From Eledone cirrhosa (Eukaryota), in contig OZ024743.1 in the NCBI GenBank assembly GCA_964016885.1, positions 135,594,001 to 135,658,000 of the forward strand: a stretch of 64,000 bases of DNA. The letters are read 5' to 3'. Below are positions 48,331-60,289 of the stretch, one piece after another. A program made the position numbers and the translations under genes. Below the pieces are notes generated by a model. It made no database searches and was not told the DNA's origin. It was given only the letters and a program-made list of their open reading frames with translations. Position 1 is the stretch's first letter. The number at the start of each line of letters is the position of its first letter.

Positions 48331-51065
48331 TTTGCTGTTTCGTGTTTGGTGTTTGCTGTTTGGTGTTTGGTGTTTGCTGTTTGGTGTTTGGTGTTTGGTG
48401 ATTGGTGCTTGGTGTTTGGTGTTATATGCTTGGTGTTTGATGCTTGGTGCTTGCTGCTTGGTGTTTGGTGTTTGGTGCTTGGTGTTTGATGCTTGGTGCT
48501 TGGTGCTTGGTGTTTGGTGCTTGGTGCTTGGTGTTTGTACTTGGTGCTTGGTGCTTGGTTCTTGGTGTTTGGTGCTTGGTGCTTGGTGCTTGGTGTTTGG
48601 TGCTGGGTGCTTGGTGTTTGGTGCTTGGTGCTTGGTGCTTGGTATTTGGTGTTTGGTGCTTGGTGTCTGGTGCTTGGTGTTTGGTGCTTGGTGTTTGGTG
48701 TTTGGTGTTTGGTGCTTGGTGCTTGGTGTTTGGTGTTTGGTGCCTGGTGTTTGGTGTTTGGTGTTTGGTGCTTGTTGCTTGGTGCTTGGTGCTTGGTGTT
48801 TGGTGCTTGGTGCTTGGTGTTTGGTGCTGGGTGCTGGGTGCTTGGTGCTTGGTGCATGGTGCTTGGTGCTTGGTGTTTGGTGTTTGGTGCTTGGTGCTTG
48901 GTGTTTGGTGTTATATGCTTGGTGTTTGATGCTTGGTGCTTGCTGCTTGGTGTTTGGTGTTTGGTGCTTGGTGTTTGGTGCTTGCTACGTGGTGCTTGGT
49001 GCTTGGTGCTTGGTGTTTGGTGTTTGGTGCTTGCTGCTGGCTGCTTGGTGTTTGGTGCTTGGTGATTGGTGCTTGGTGTTTGGTGCTTGGTGTTTGGTGT
49101 TTGGTGCTAGGTGCTTGGTGCTTGGTGTTTGGTGCTTGGTGCTTGGTGTTTGGTGTTTGGTGCTTTGTGCTTGGTGTTTGGTGCTTGGTGCTGGGTGGTT
49201 GGTGTTTGGTGCTTGGTGTTTGGTGCTGGGTGCTTGGTGTTTGGTGCTTGGTGCTTGGTGCTTGGTCTTTGGTGCTTGGTGTTTGGTGTTTGGTGCTTGG
49301 TGCTTGGTGCTTGGTGTTTGGTGCTTGGTGCTTGGCGTTTGGTGCTTGGTGCTTAGTGTTTGGTGCTAGGTGCTTGGGGTTTGGTGTTTGGTGCTTGGTG
49401 CTTGGTGTTTGGTGCTTGGTGCTTGGTGCTTGGTCTTTGGTGTTTGGTGTTTAGTGCTTGGTGCTTGGTGTTTGGTGTTTGGTGCTTGGTGCTTGGTGTT
49501 TGGTGTTTGGTGTTTGCTGTTTGCTGTTTGCTGTTTGGTGTCTGCTTTTTGGTGTTTGTTGTTTGCTGTATGGTGTTTGCTGTTTCGTGTTTGGTGTTTG
49601 CTGTTTGGTGTTTGGTCTTTGGTGCTTGGTGTTTGGTGCTTGGTGCTTGGTGTTTGGTGTTTGGTGCTTGGTGCTTGGTGTTTGGTGTTTGGTGCTTGGT
49701 GCTTGGTGCTTGGTATTTGGTGTTTGGTGCTTGGTGTCTGGGGCTTGGTGTTTGGTTCTTGGTGTTTGGTGTTTGGTGTTTGGTGCTTGGTGCTTGGTAT
49801 TTGGTGTTTGGTGCTTGGTGTCTGGTGCTTGGTGTTTGGTGCTTGGTGTTTGGTGTTTGGTGTTTGGTGCTTGGTGCTTGGTGTTTGGTGTTTGGTGTTT
49901 GGTGTTTGGTGTTTGCTGTTTGGTGTTTGCTGTTTCGTGTTTGGTGTTTGCTGTTTGGTGTTTGGTGTTTGCTGTTTGGTGTTTGGTGTTTGGTGATTGG
50001 TGCTTGGTGTTTGGTGTTATATGCTTGGTGTTTGATGCTTGGTGCTTGCTGCTTGGTGTTTGGTGTTTGGTGCTTGGTGTTTGATGCTTGGTGCTTGGTG
50101 CTTGGTGTTTGGTGCTTGGTGCTTGGTGTTTGTACTTGGTGCTTGGTGCTTGGTTCTTGGTGTTTGGTGCTTGGTGCTTGGTGCTTGGTGTTTGGTGCTG
50201 GGTGCTTGGTGCTTGGTGCTTGGTGCTTGGTGCTTGGTATTTGGTGTTTGGTGCTTGGTGTCTGGTGCTTGGTGTTTGGTGCTTGGTGTTTGGTGTTTGG
50301 TGTTTGGTGCTTGGTGCTTGGTGTTTGGTGTTTGGTGCCTGGTGTTTGGTGTTTGGTGTTTGGTGCTTGTTGCTTGGTGCTTGGTGCTTGGTGTTTGGTG
50401 CTTGGTGCTTGGTGTTTGGTGCTGGGTGCTGGGTGCTTGGTGCTTGGTGCATGGTGCTTGGTGCTTGGTGTTTGGTGTTTGGTGCTTGGTGCTTGGTGTT
50501 TGGTGTTATATGCTTGGTGTTTGATGCTTGGTGCTTGCTGCTTGGTGTTTGGTGTTTGGTGCTTGGTGTTTGGTGCTTGCTACGTGGTGCTTGGTGCTTG
50601 GTGCTTGGTGTTTGGTGTTTGGTGCTTGCTGCTGGCTGCTTGGTGTTTGGTGCTTGGTGATTGGTGCTTGGTGTTTGGTGCTTGGTGTTTGGTGTTTGGT
50701 GCTAGGTGCTTGGTGCTTGGTGTTTGGTGCTTGGTGCTTGGTGTTTGGTGTTTGGTGCTTTGTGCTTGGTGTTTGGTGCTTGGTGCTGGGTGGTTGGTGT
50801 TTGGTGCTTGGTGTTTGGTGCTGGGTGCTTGGTGTTTGGTGCTTGGTGCTTGGTGCTTGGTCTTTGGTGCTTGGTGTTTGGTGTTTGGTGCTTGGTGCTT
50901 GGTGCTTGGTGTTTGGTGCTTGGTGCTTGGCGTTTGGTGCTTGGTGCTTAGTGTTTGGTGCTAGGTGCTTGGGGTTTGGTGTTTGGTGCTTGGTGCTTGG
51001 TGTTTGGTGCTTGGTGCTTGGTGCTTGGTCTTTGGTGTTTGGTGTTTAGTGCTTGGTGCTTGGTG
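47860..51065 (+). repeat. 1595-bp tandem duplication (228 heptamers minus 1 nt)
   Basis: ORF pairs 48444/50039, 48493/50088, 48933/50528 and 49111/50706 are offset 1595. The private variant GTCTGGGGC is duplicated at about 48141 and 49736. Confidence 0.92.
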
Positions 51066-52079
51066 CTTGGTGTTTGGTGCTTGGTGCTTGGTGCATTGTG
51101 ATTAGTGTTTGGTGCTTGGTGCTTGGGGTTTGGTGTTTGGTGCTTGGTGCTTGGTATTTGGTGCTTGGTACTTGGTGTTTGGTGCTTGGTGTTTGCTGTT
51201 TGCTGTTTGCTGTTTTTGGTGTTTGCTGTTTGCTGTTTGGTGTCTGCTTTTTGGTGTTTGGTGTTTGCTCTATGGTGTTTGCTGTCTCATGTTTGGTGTT
51301 TGCTGTTTGGTGTTTGGTGTTTGCTGTTTGGTGTTTGGTCTTTGGTGCTTGGTCTTTGGTGCTTGGTGTTTGGTGCTTGGTGCTTGGTGTTTGGTGTTTG
51401 GTGCTTGGTGCCTGGTGCTTGTTGTTTGGTGATTGGTGCTTGGTGTTTGCTGTTTGGTGTTTGGTGTTTGGTGTTTGCTGTTTGGTGTTTGGTGCTTGGT
51501 GCTTGGTGCTTGGTGTTTGGTGCTTGGTGCTTGGTGTTTGGTGCTTGGTGCTTGGTGTTTGGTGCTTGGTGCCTGGTGCTTGTTGTTTGGTGATTGGTGC
51601 TTGGTGTTTGCTGTTTGCTGTTTGGTGTTTGGTGTTTGCTGTTTGGTGTTTGGGGCTTGGTGTTTGATGCTTGGTGCTTGGTGCTTGGTGTTTGGTGTTT
51701 GGTGTTTGCTGTTTGCTGTTTGGTGCTTGGTGCTTGGTGCTTGGTGTTTGGTGCTTGGTGTTTGGTGCTTGGTGCTTGATGGTTGGTGTTTGTACTTGGT
51801 GCTTGGTGCTTGGTGTTTTGTGCTTGATTCTTGGTGTTTGGTGCTAGGTGTTTGCTGCTTAGTGCTTGGTGTTTGGTGTTTGGTGCTTGGTGTTTGGTGC
51901 TTGGTGCGTGGTGCTTGGTGTTAGGTATTTGGTGCTTGGTGTTTGGTGTTTGGTGCTTCATGCTTGGTGCTTGGTGTTTGGTCTTTGGTGCTTGGTCTTT
52001 GGTGCTTGGTGTTTGGTGATTGGTGCTTGGTGTTTGGTGTTTGGTGCTTGGTGCCTGGTGCTTGTTGTTTGGTGATTGG

Positions 52080-55000
52080 TGCTTGGTGTTTGCTGTTTGG
52101 TGTTTGGTGTTTGGTGTTTGCTGTTTTGTGTTTGGTGCTTGGTGCTTGGTGCTTGGTGTTTGGTGCTTGGTGCTTGGTGTTTGGTGCTTGGTGCTTGATG
52201 CTTGGTGTTTGTACTTGGTGCTTGGTGCTTGGTGTTTCGTGCTTGATTCTTGGTGTTTGGTGCTTGGTGTTTGGTGCTTAGTGCTTGGTGTTTGGTGTTT
52301 GGTGCTTGGTGTTTGGTGCTTGGTGCTTGGTGCTTGGTGTTAGGTGTTTGGTGCTTGGTGTTTGGTGCTTGGTGCTTGGTGCTTGGTGTTAGGTGTTAGG
52401 TGTTTGGTGATTGGTGCTTGGTGTTTGGTGCTTGGTGCTTGATGTTTGGTGCTTGGTGCTTGGTGCTTGGTGTTTGGTGCTTGGTGTTTGGTGCTTGGTA
52501 CTTGGGGCTTAGTGTTTGGTGCTTGGTGCTTGGTGTTTGGTGCTTGGTGTTTGGTGTTTGGTGCTTGGTGTTTGGTGCTTGGTGCTTGGTGCTGGGTGGT
52601 TGGTGTTTGGTGCTTGGTGCTTGGTGTTTGGTGCTTGGTGCTTGGTGTTTGGTGCTTGGCGCTTGGTGCTTGGTCTTTGGTGCTTGGTGATTAGTGTTTG
52701 GTGCTTGGTGCTTGGGGTTTGGTGTTTGGTGCTTGGTGATTGGTGTTTGGTGCTTGGTGTTTGGTGCTTGGTGTTTGGTTTTTGCTGTTTGGTGTTTGGT
52801 GTTTGCTGTTTGCTGTTTGCTGTTTGGTGTCTGCTTTTTGGTGTTTCGTGTTTGCTGTATCGTGTTTGCTGTTTCGTGTTTATTGTTTGCTGTTTGGTGT
52901 TTGGTGTTCGGTGTTTGGTGTTTCCTGTTTGGTGTTTAGTCTTTGGTGCTTGGTGTTTGGTGCTTGGTGCTTGGTGTTTGGTGTTTGGTGCTTGGTGCTT
53001 GGTGTTTGGTGCTTGGTGCTTGTTGTTTGGTGATTGGTGCTTGGTGCTTGGTGTTTGGTGTTTGGTGCTTGGGGCTTGGTGTTTGGTGCTTGGTGCTTGG
53101 TGCTTGGTGCTTGGTGTTTGGTGTTTGATGATTGGTGTTTGGTGTTTGGTGTTTGGTGCTTGGCGCTTGGTGTTTGGTGTTTGATGCTTCCTGCTTGATG
53201 CTTGGTGCTTGGTGCTTGGTGTTTGGTGCTTGGTGCTTGGTGTTTGGTGCTTGGTACTTTGTGTTTGGTTCTTGGTGTTTGCTGTTTGCTGTTTGGTGTT
53301 TGGTGTTTGCTGTATGCTGTTTGGTGTCTGCTTTTTGGTGTTTGGTGTTTGCTCTATGGTGTTTGCTGTTTCATGTTTGGTGTTTGCTGTTTGGTGTTTG
53401 GTGTTTGCTGTTTGGTGTTTGGTCTTTGGTGCTTGGTCTTTGGTGCTTGGTGTTTGGTGCTTGGTGCTTGGTGTTTGGTGTTTGGTGCTTGGCGCCTGGT
53501 GCTTGTTGTTTGGTGATTGGTGCTTGGTGTTTGCTGTTTGGTGTTTGGTGTTTGGTGTTTGCTGTTTGGTGTTTGGTGCTTGGTGCTTGGTGCTTGGTGT
53601 TTGGTGCTTGGTGCTTGGTGTTTGGTGCTTGGTGCTTGGTGTTTGGTGCTTGGTGCCTGGTGCTTGTTGTTTGGTGATTGGTGCTTGGTGTTTGCTGTTT
53701 GGTGTTTGGTGTTTGGTGTTTGGTGCTGGGTGCTTGGTGTTTGGTGTTTGATGCTTGGTGTTTGATGCTTGGTGCTTGGTGCTTGGTGCTTGGTGTTTGG
53801 TGTTTGCTGTTTGCTGTTTGGTGTTTGGTGCTTGGTGCTTGGTGCTTGGTGTTTGGTGCTTGGTGTTTGGTGCTTGGTGCTTGATGGTTGGTGTTTGTAC
53901 TTGGTGCTTGGTGCTTGGTGTTTTGTGCTTGATTCTTGGTGTTTGGTGCTAGGTGTTTGCTGCTTAGTGCTTGGTGTTTGGTGTTTGGTGCTTGGTGTTT
54001 GGTGCTTGGTGCTTGGTGCTTGGTGTTAGGTATTTGGTGTTGGTGTTTGGTGTTTGGTGCTTCATGCTTGGTGCTTGGTGTTTGGTGCTTGGTGCTTGGT
54101 GTTTGGTGCTTGGTGCCTGGTGCATGGTGTTTGGTGCTTGATGCTTGGTGCTTGGTGTTAGGTGTTAGGTGTTTGGTGCTTGGTGCCTGGTGCTTGTTGT
54201 TTGGTGCTTGATGCTTGGTGTTTGGTGTTTGGTGCTTGGTGTTTGGTGCTTGGTGTTTGGTGTTTGGTGTTTGCTGTTTTGTGTTTGGTGCTTGGTGCTT
54301 GGTGCTTGGTGTTTGGTGCTTGGTGCTTGATGCTTGGTGTTTGGTGTTTGGTGCTTGGTGTTTGGTGCTTGGTGTTTGGTGTTTGGTGTTTGCTGTTTTG
54401 TGTTTGGTGCTTGGTGCTTGGTGCTTGGTGTTTGGTGCTTGGTGCTTGGTGTTTGGTGCTTGGTGCTTGATGCTTGGTGTTTGTACTTGGTGCTTGGTGC
54501 TTGGTGTTTTGTGCTTGATTCTTGGTGTTTGGTGCTTGGTGCTTGGTGCTTAGTGCTTGGTGTTTGGTGTTTGGTGCTTGATGTTTGGTGCTTGGTGCTT
54601 GGTGCTTGGTGTTAGGTGTTTGGTGATTGGTGTTTGGTGTTTGGTGCTTCATGTTTGGTGCTTGGTGTTTGGTGCTTGGTGCTTGGTGTTTGGTGCTTGG
54701 TGCCTGGTGCATGGTGTTTGGTGCTTGATGCTTGGTGTTTGGTGTTTGGTGCTTGGTGTTTGGTGCTTGGTGCTTTGTGTTTGGTGTTAGGTGTTAGGTG
54801 TTTGGTGATTGGTGCTTGGTGTTTGGTGCTTGGTGCTTGATGTTTGGTGCTTGGTGCTTGGTGTTTGGTGCTTGGAGCTTGGTGTTTGGTGCTTGGTGTT
54901 TGGTGTTTGGTGCTTGGTGTTTGGTGCTTGGTGCTTGGTGCTGGGTGGTTGGTGTTCGGTGCTTGGTGCTTGGTGTTTGGTGCTTGGTGCTTGGTGTTTG

Positions 55001-55760
55001 GTGCTTGGCGCTTGGTGCTTAGTCTTTGGTGCTTGGTGATTAGTGTTTGGTGCTTGGTGCTTGGGGTTTGGTGTTTGGTGCTTGGTGCTTGGTGTTTGGT
55101 GCTTGGTGCTTGGTGATTGGTGCTTGGTGTTTGGTTTTTGCTGTTTGGTGTTTGGTGTTTGCTGTTTGCTGTTTGCTGTTTGGTGTCTGCTTTTTGGTGT
55201 TTGGTGTTTGCTGTATCGTGTTTGCTGTTTCGTGTTTATTGTTTGCTGTTTGGTGTTTGGTGTTTGGTGTTTGGTGTTTCCTGTTTGGTGTTTAGTCTTT
55301 GGTGCTTGGTGTTTGGTGCTTGGTGCTTGGTGTTTGGTGTTTGGTGCTTGGTGCTTGGTGTTTGGTGCTTGGTGCTTGTTGTTTGGTGATTGGTGCTTGG
55401 TGCTTGGTGTTTGGTGTTTGGTGCTTGGGGCTTGGTGTTTGGTGCTTGGTGCTTGGTGCTTGGTGCTTGGTGCTTGGTGTTTGGTGTTTGATGATTGGTG
55501 TTTGGTGTTTGGTGTTTGGTGCTTGGTGCTTGGTGTTTGGTGTTTGATGCTTCCTGCTTGATGCTTGGTGCTTGGTGCTTGGTGTTTGGTGCTTGGTGCT
55601 TGGTGTTTGGTGCTTGGTACTTGTTGTTTGGTTCATTGTGTTTGCTGTTTGCTGTTTGGTGTTTGGTGTTTGCTGTTTGCTGTTTGGTGTCTGCTTTTTG
55701 GTGTTTGTTGTTTGCTCTATGGTGTTTGCTGTTTCATGTTTGGTGTTTGCTGTTTGGTGT
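52080..55760 (+). repeat. Diverged sub-family B repeats with period about 2.35 kb
   Basis: ORF pairs 52694/55043, 52943/55299 and 53132/55495 have offsets 2349-2363. Shared markers TATCGTG, TTTATTG, TTCCTG, TTAGTCTTT and GATGATT. Confidence 0.7.
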
Positions 55761-57809
55761 TTGTTGTTTGGTGTTTGGTGCTTGGTGTTTGGTGCTTGGT
55801 GCTTGGTGTTTGGTGCTAGGTGCTTGGTGCTTGGTGCTTGGTGTTTGGTGTTTGGTGCTTGGTACTTGGGGCTTGGTGTTTGGTGCTTGGTGCTTCGTGC
55901 TTGGTGTTTGGTGCTTGGTGCTTGGTGTTTGGTGTTTGGTGCTTGGTGCCTGGTGCTTGTTGTTTGGTGATTGGTGCTTGGTGTTTGCTGTTTGGTGCTG
56001 CGTGCTTGGTGCTTGGTGCTTGGTGCTTGGTGCTTGGTGTTTTGTGTTTGGTGTTTGGTGCTTGTTGCTTGGTGTTTGGTGTTTGATGCTTGGTGCTTGA
56101 TGCTTGGTGCTTGGTGCTTGGTGTTTGGTGCTTGGTGCTTGGTGTTTGTACTTGGTGTTTGGTGCTTGGTGTTTGGAGGTTGGTGCTTGGTGTTTGGTGC
56201 TTGGTGCTTGGTGTTTGGTGTTTGGTGCTTGGTGTTTGGTGCTTGGTGCTTGGTGCTTGGTGTTAGGTGTTTGGTGCTTCATGCCTGGTGCTTGGTGTTT
56301 CGTGCTTGGTGCTTGGTGTTTGGTGCTTGGTGCCTGGTGCGTGGTGTTTGTTGCTTGGTGCTTGGTGTTTGGTGTTTGGTGCTTGGTGTTTGGTGCTTGG
56401 TGCTTGGTGTTAGGTGTTAGGTGTTTGGTGCTTGGTGCTTGGTGCTTGGAGTTTGGTGTTTGGTGTTTGGAGCTTGCTGCTTGCTGCTTGGTGTTTGGTG
56501 CTTGGTGATTGGTGCTTGGTGTTTGGTGCTTGGTGCTTGGTGTTTGGTGCTAGGTGCTTGGTGCTTGGTGCTTGGTGTTTGGTGTTTGGTGCTTGGTACT
56601 TGGGGCTTGGTGTTTGGTGCTTGGTGCTTCGTGTTTGGTGTTTGGTGCTTGGTGCTTGGCGTTTTAGTGTTTGGTGCTTGGTGTTTGGTGCTTGGTGCTT
56701 GGTGCTTGGTGCTTGGTGTTTGGTGCTTGGTGCTTGGTGCTTGGTGTTTGGTGATTGGTGTTTGGTGTTTGGTGCTTGGTGCTTGGTGTTTGGTGCTTGG
56801 TGCTTGGTGATTAGTGTTTGGTGCTTGGTGCTTGGGGTTTGGTGTTTGGTGCTTGGTGCTTGGTGCTTGGTGCTTGGTTCTTGGTGTTTGGTGCTTGGTG
56901 CTTGGTGCTTGGTGTTTGGTGCTTGGTGCTTGGTGTTTGGTGCTTCGTGTTTGGTGCTTGGTGTTTGGTGCTTGGTGCTTGGTGCTTGGTGCATGGTGCT
57001 TGGTGTTTGGTGCTTGGTGTTTGGTGCTTGGTGTTAGGAGTTTGGTGCTTGGTGCTTGGTGTTTGGTGTTTGGTGCTTGGTATTTGGTGCTTGGTGCTTG
57101 GTGTTTGGTGTTTGGTGCTTGGTGTTTGGTGCTTGCTACGTGGTGCTTGGTGCTTGGTGTTAGGTGTTTAGTGCTTGGTGCGTGGTGTTTGGTTTTTGGT
57201 GCTTGGTGCTTGGTGTTTGGTGTTTGGTGCTTGCTGCTGGCTGCTTGGTGTTTGGTGCTTGGTGATTGGTGCTTCGTGTTTGGTGCTTGGTGTTTGGTGT
57301 TTGGTGCTAGGTGCTTGGTGCTTGGTGTTTGGTGATGATTGGTGCTTGGTGTTTGGTGTTTGGTGCTTGGTGCTTGGTGTTTGGTGCTTGGTGCTGGGTG
57401 GTTGGTGTTTGGTGCTTGGTGTTTGGTGCTGGGTGCTTGGTGTTTGGTGCTTGGTGCTTGGTCTTTGGTGCTTGGTGTTTGGTGTTTGGTGCTTGGTGCT
57501 TGGTGCTTGGTGTTTGGTGCTTGGGGCTTGGAGTTTGGTGCTTGCTGTTTGGTGTCTGCTTTTTGGTGTTTGGTGTTTGCTGTATGTTGTTTGCTGTTTG
57601 GTGTTTGGTGTTTGGTATTTGGTGTTTGGTGCTTGGTGCTTGGTGTTTGGTGATTGGTGCTTGGTGTTTGGTGCCTGGTGCTTGGTGCTTGGTGTTTGGT
57701 GTTTTGTGCTTGGTTCTTGGTGCTTGGAGTTTGGTGTTTGGTGCTTGTTGCTTGGTGTTTTGTGTTTGGTGTTTGGATTTTGGTGCTTGGTGCTTGGTGC
57801 TTGGTCCTT

Positions 57810-58810
57810 GGTGTTTGGTACTTGGTGCTTGCTGCTTGGTGGTTGGTGTTTGGTGCTTGGTGTTTGGTGCTTGGTGCTTGGTGTTTGGTGCTTGGTGTTT
57901 GGTGTTTGGTGCTTGGTGCTTGGTGTTTGGTGTTTGGTGTTTGCTGTTTGCTGTTTGCTGTTTGGTGTCTGCTTTTTGGTGTTTGGTGTTTGCTGTATGG
58001 TGTTTGCTGTTTCGTGTTTGGTGTTTGCTGTTTGGTGTTTGGTCTTTGGTGCTTGGTGTTTGGTGCTTGGTGCTTGGTGTTTGGTGTTTGGTGCTTGGTG
58101 CTTGGTGTTTGGTGTTTGGTGCTTGGTGCTTGGTGCTTGGTATTTGGTGTTTGGTGCTTGGTGTCTGGTGCTTGGTGTTTGGTGCTTGGTGTTTGGTGTT
58201 TGGTGTTTGGTGCTTGGTGCTTGGTATTTGGATTTTGGTGCTTTGTGTTTGGTGCTTGGTGCTTCGTGCTTGGTGTTTGGTGTTTGCTGCTTGGTGTTTG
58301 GTGCTTGGTGCTTGGTGCTTGGTGTTTTGTGTTTGGTGCTTGGTGCTTGGTGTTTGTACTTGGTGCTTGGTGCTTGGTGTTTGGTTCTTGGTTCTTGGTG
58401 TTTGGTACTTGGTGCTTGCTGCTTGGTGGTTGGTGTTTGGTGCTTGGTGTTTGGTGCTTGGTGCTTGGTGTTTGGTGCTTGGTGTTTGGTGTTTGGTGCT
58501 TGGTGCTTGGTGTTTGGTGTTTGGTGTTTGCTGTTTGCTGTTTGCTGTTTGGTGTCTGCTTTTTGGTGTTTGGTGTTTGCTGTATGGTGTTTGCTGTTTC
58601 GTGTTTGGTGTTTGCTGTTTGGTGTTTGGTCTTTGGTGCTTGGTGTTTGGTGCTTGGTGCTTGGTGTTTGGTGTTTGGTGCTTGGTGCTTGGTGTTTGGT
58701 GTTTGGTGCTTGGTGCTTGGTGCTTGGTATTTGGTGTTTGGTGCTTGGTGTCTGGTGCTTGGTGTTTGGTGCTTGGTGTTTGGTGTTTGGTGTTTGGTGC
58801 TTGGTGCTTG
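57810..58810 (+). repeat. 587-bp tandem duplication (84 heptamers minus 1 nt)
   Basis: The private marker GCTGCTTGGTGGTTGG occurs at 57831 and 58418. TCTGCTTTTT cores lie at about 57968 and 58555. Confidence 0.8.
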
Positions 58811-60289
58811 GTATTTGGTGTTTGGTGCTTGGTGTCTGCTGCTTGGTGTTTGGTGCTTGGTGTTTGGTGTTTGGTGTTTGGTGCTTGGTGCTTGGTGTTT
58901 GGTGTTTGGTGTTTGGTGTTTGCTGTTTGCTGTTTGGTGTCTGCTTTTTGGTGTTTGGTGTTTGCTGTATGGTGTTTGCTGTTTCGTGTTTGGTGTTTGC
59001 TGTTTGGTGTTTGGTGTTTGCTGTTTGGTGTTTGGTCTTTGGTGCTTGGTGTTTGGTGCTTGGTGTTTGGTGTTTGGTGCTTGGTGCTTGGTGTTTGGTA
59101 TTTGGTGCTTGGTGCTTGGTGCTTGGTGTTTGGTGTTTGGTGCTTGGTGCTTGGTGCTTGGTGTTTGGTGCTTGGTGCTTGGTGTTTGGTGCTGGGTGCT
59201 TGGTGTTTGGTGCTTGGTGCTTGGTGCTTGGTGCTTGGTATTTGGTGTTTGCTGCTTGGTGTCTGGTGCTTGGTGTTTGGTGCTTGGTGTTTGGTGTTTG
59301 GTGTTTGGTGCTTGGTGCTTGGTGTTTGGTGTTTGGTGCTTGGTGTTTGGTGTTTGGTGTTTGGTGCTTGTTGCTTGGTGCTTGGTGCTTGGTGTTTGGT
59401 GCTTGGTGCTTGGTGTTTGGTGCTGGGTGCTGGGTGCTTGGTGCTTGGTGCATGGTGCTTGGTGCTTGGTGTTTGGTGTTTGGGGCTTGGTGCTTGGTGT
59501 TTGGTGTTATATGCTTGGTGTTTGATGCTTGGTGCTTGGTGCTTGGTGTTTGGTGTTTGGTGCTTGGTGTTTGATGCTTGGTGCTTGGTGCTTGGTGTTT
59601 GGTGCTTGGTGCTTGGTGTTTGTACTTGGTGCTTGGTGCATGGTTCTTGGTGTTTGGTGCTTGGTGCTTGGTGCTTGGTGTTTGGTGCTTGGTGCTTGGT
59701 GTTTGGTGCTTGGTGTTTGGTGCTTGGTGTTTGGTGCTTGGTGCTTGGTGCTTGGTGCATGGTGCTTGGTGTTTGGTGCTTGGTGTTTGGTGCTTGGTGT
59801 TAGGTGTTTGGTGCTTGGTGCTTGGTGTTTGGTGCTTGGTGCTTGGTGTTTGGTGTTTGGTGCTTGGTGTTTGGTGCTTGCTACGTGGTGCTTGGTGCTT
59901 GGTGTTAGGTGTTTGGTGCTTGGTGCGTGGTGTTTGGTTTTTGGTGCTTGGTGCTTGGTGTTTGGTGTTTGGTGCTTGCTGCTGGCTGCTTGGTGTTTGG
60001 TGCTTGGTGATTGGTGCTTGGTGTTTGGTGCTTGGTGTTTGGTGTTTGGTGCTAGGTGCTTGGTGCTTGGTGTTTGGTGCTTGGTGCTTGGTGTTTGGTG
60101 TTTGGTGCTTTGTGCTTGGTGTTTGGTGCTTGGTGCTGGGTGGTTGGTGTTTGGTGCTTGGTGTTTGGTGCTGGGTGCTTGGTGTTTGGTGCTTGGTGCT
60201 TGGTCTTTGGTGCTTGGTGTTTGGTGTTTGGTGCTTGGTGCTTGGTGCTTGGTGTTTGGTGCTTGGTGCTTGGTGTTTGGTGCTTGGTG

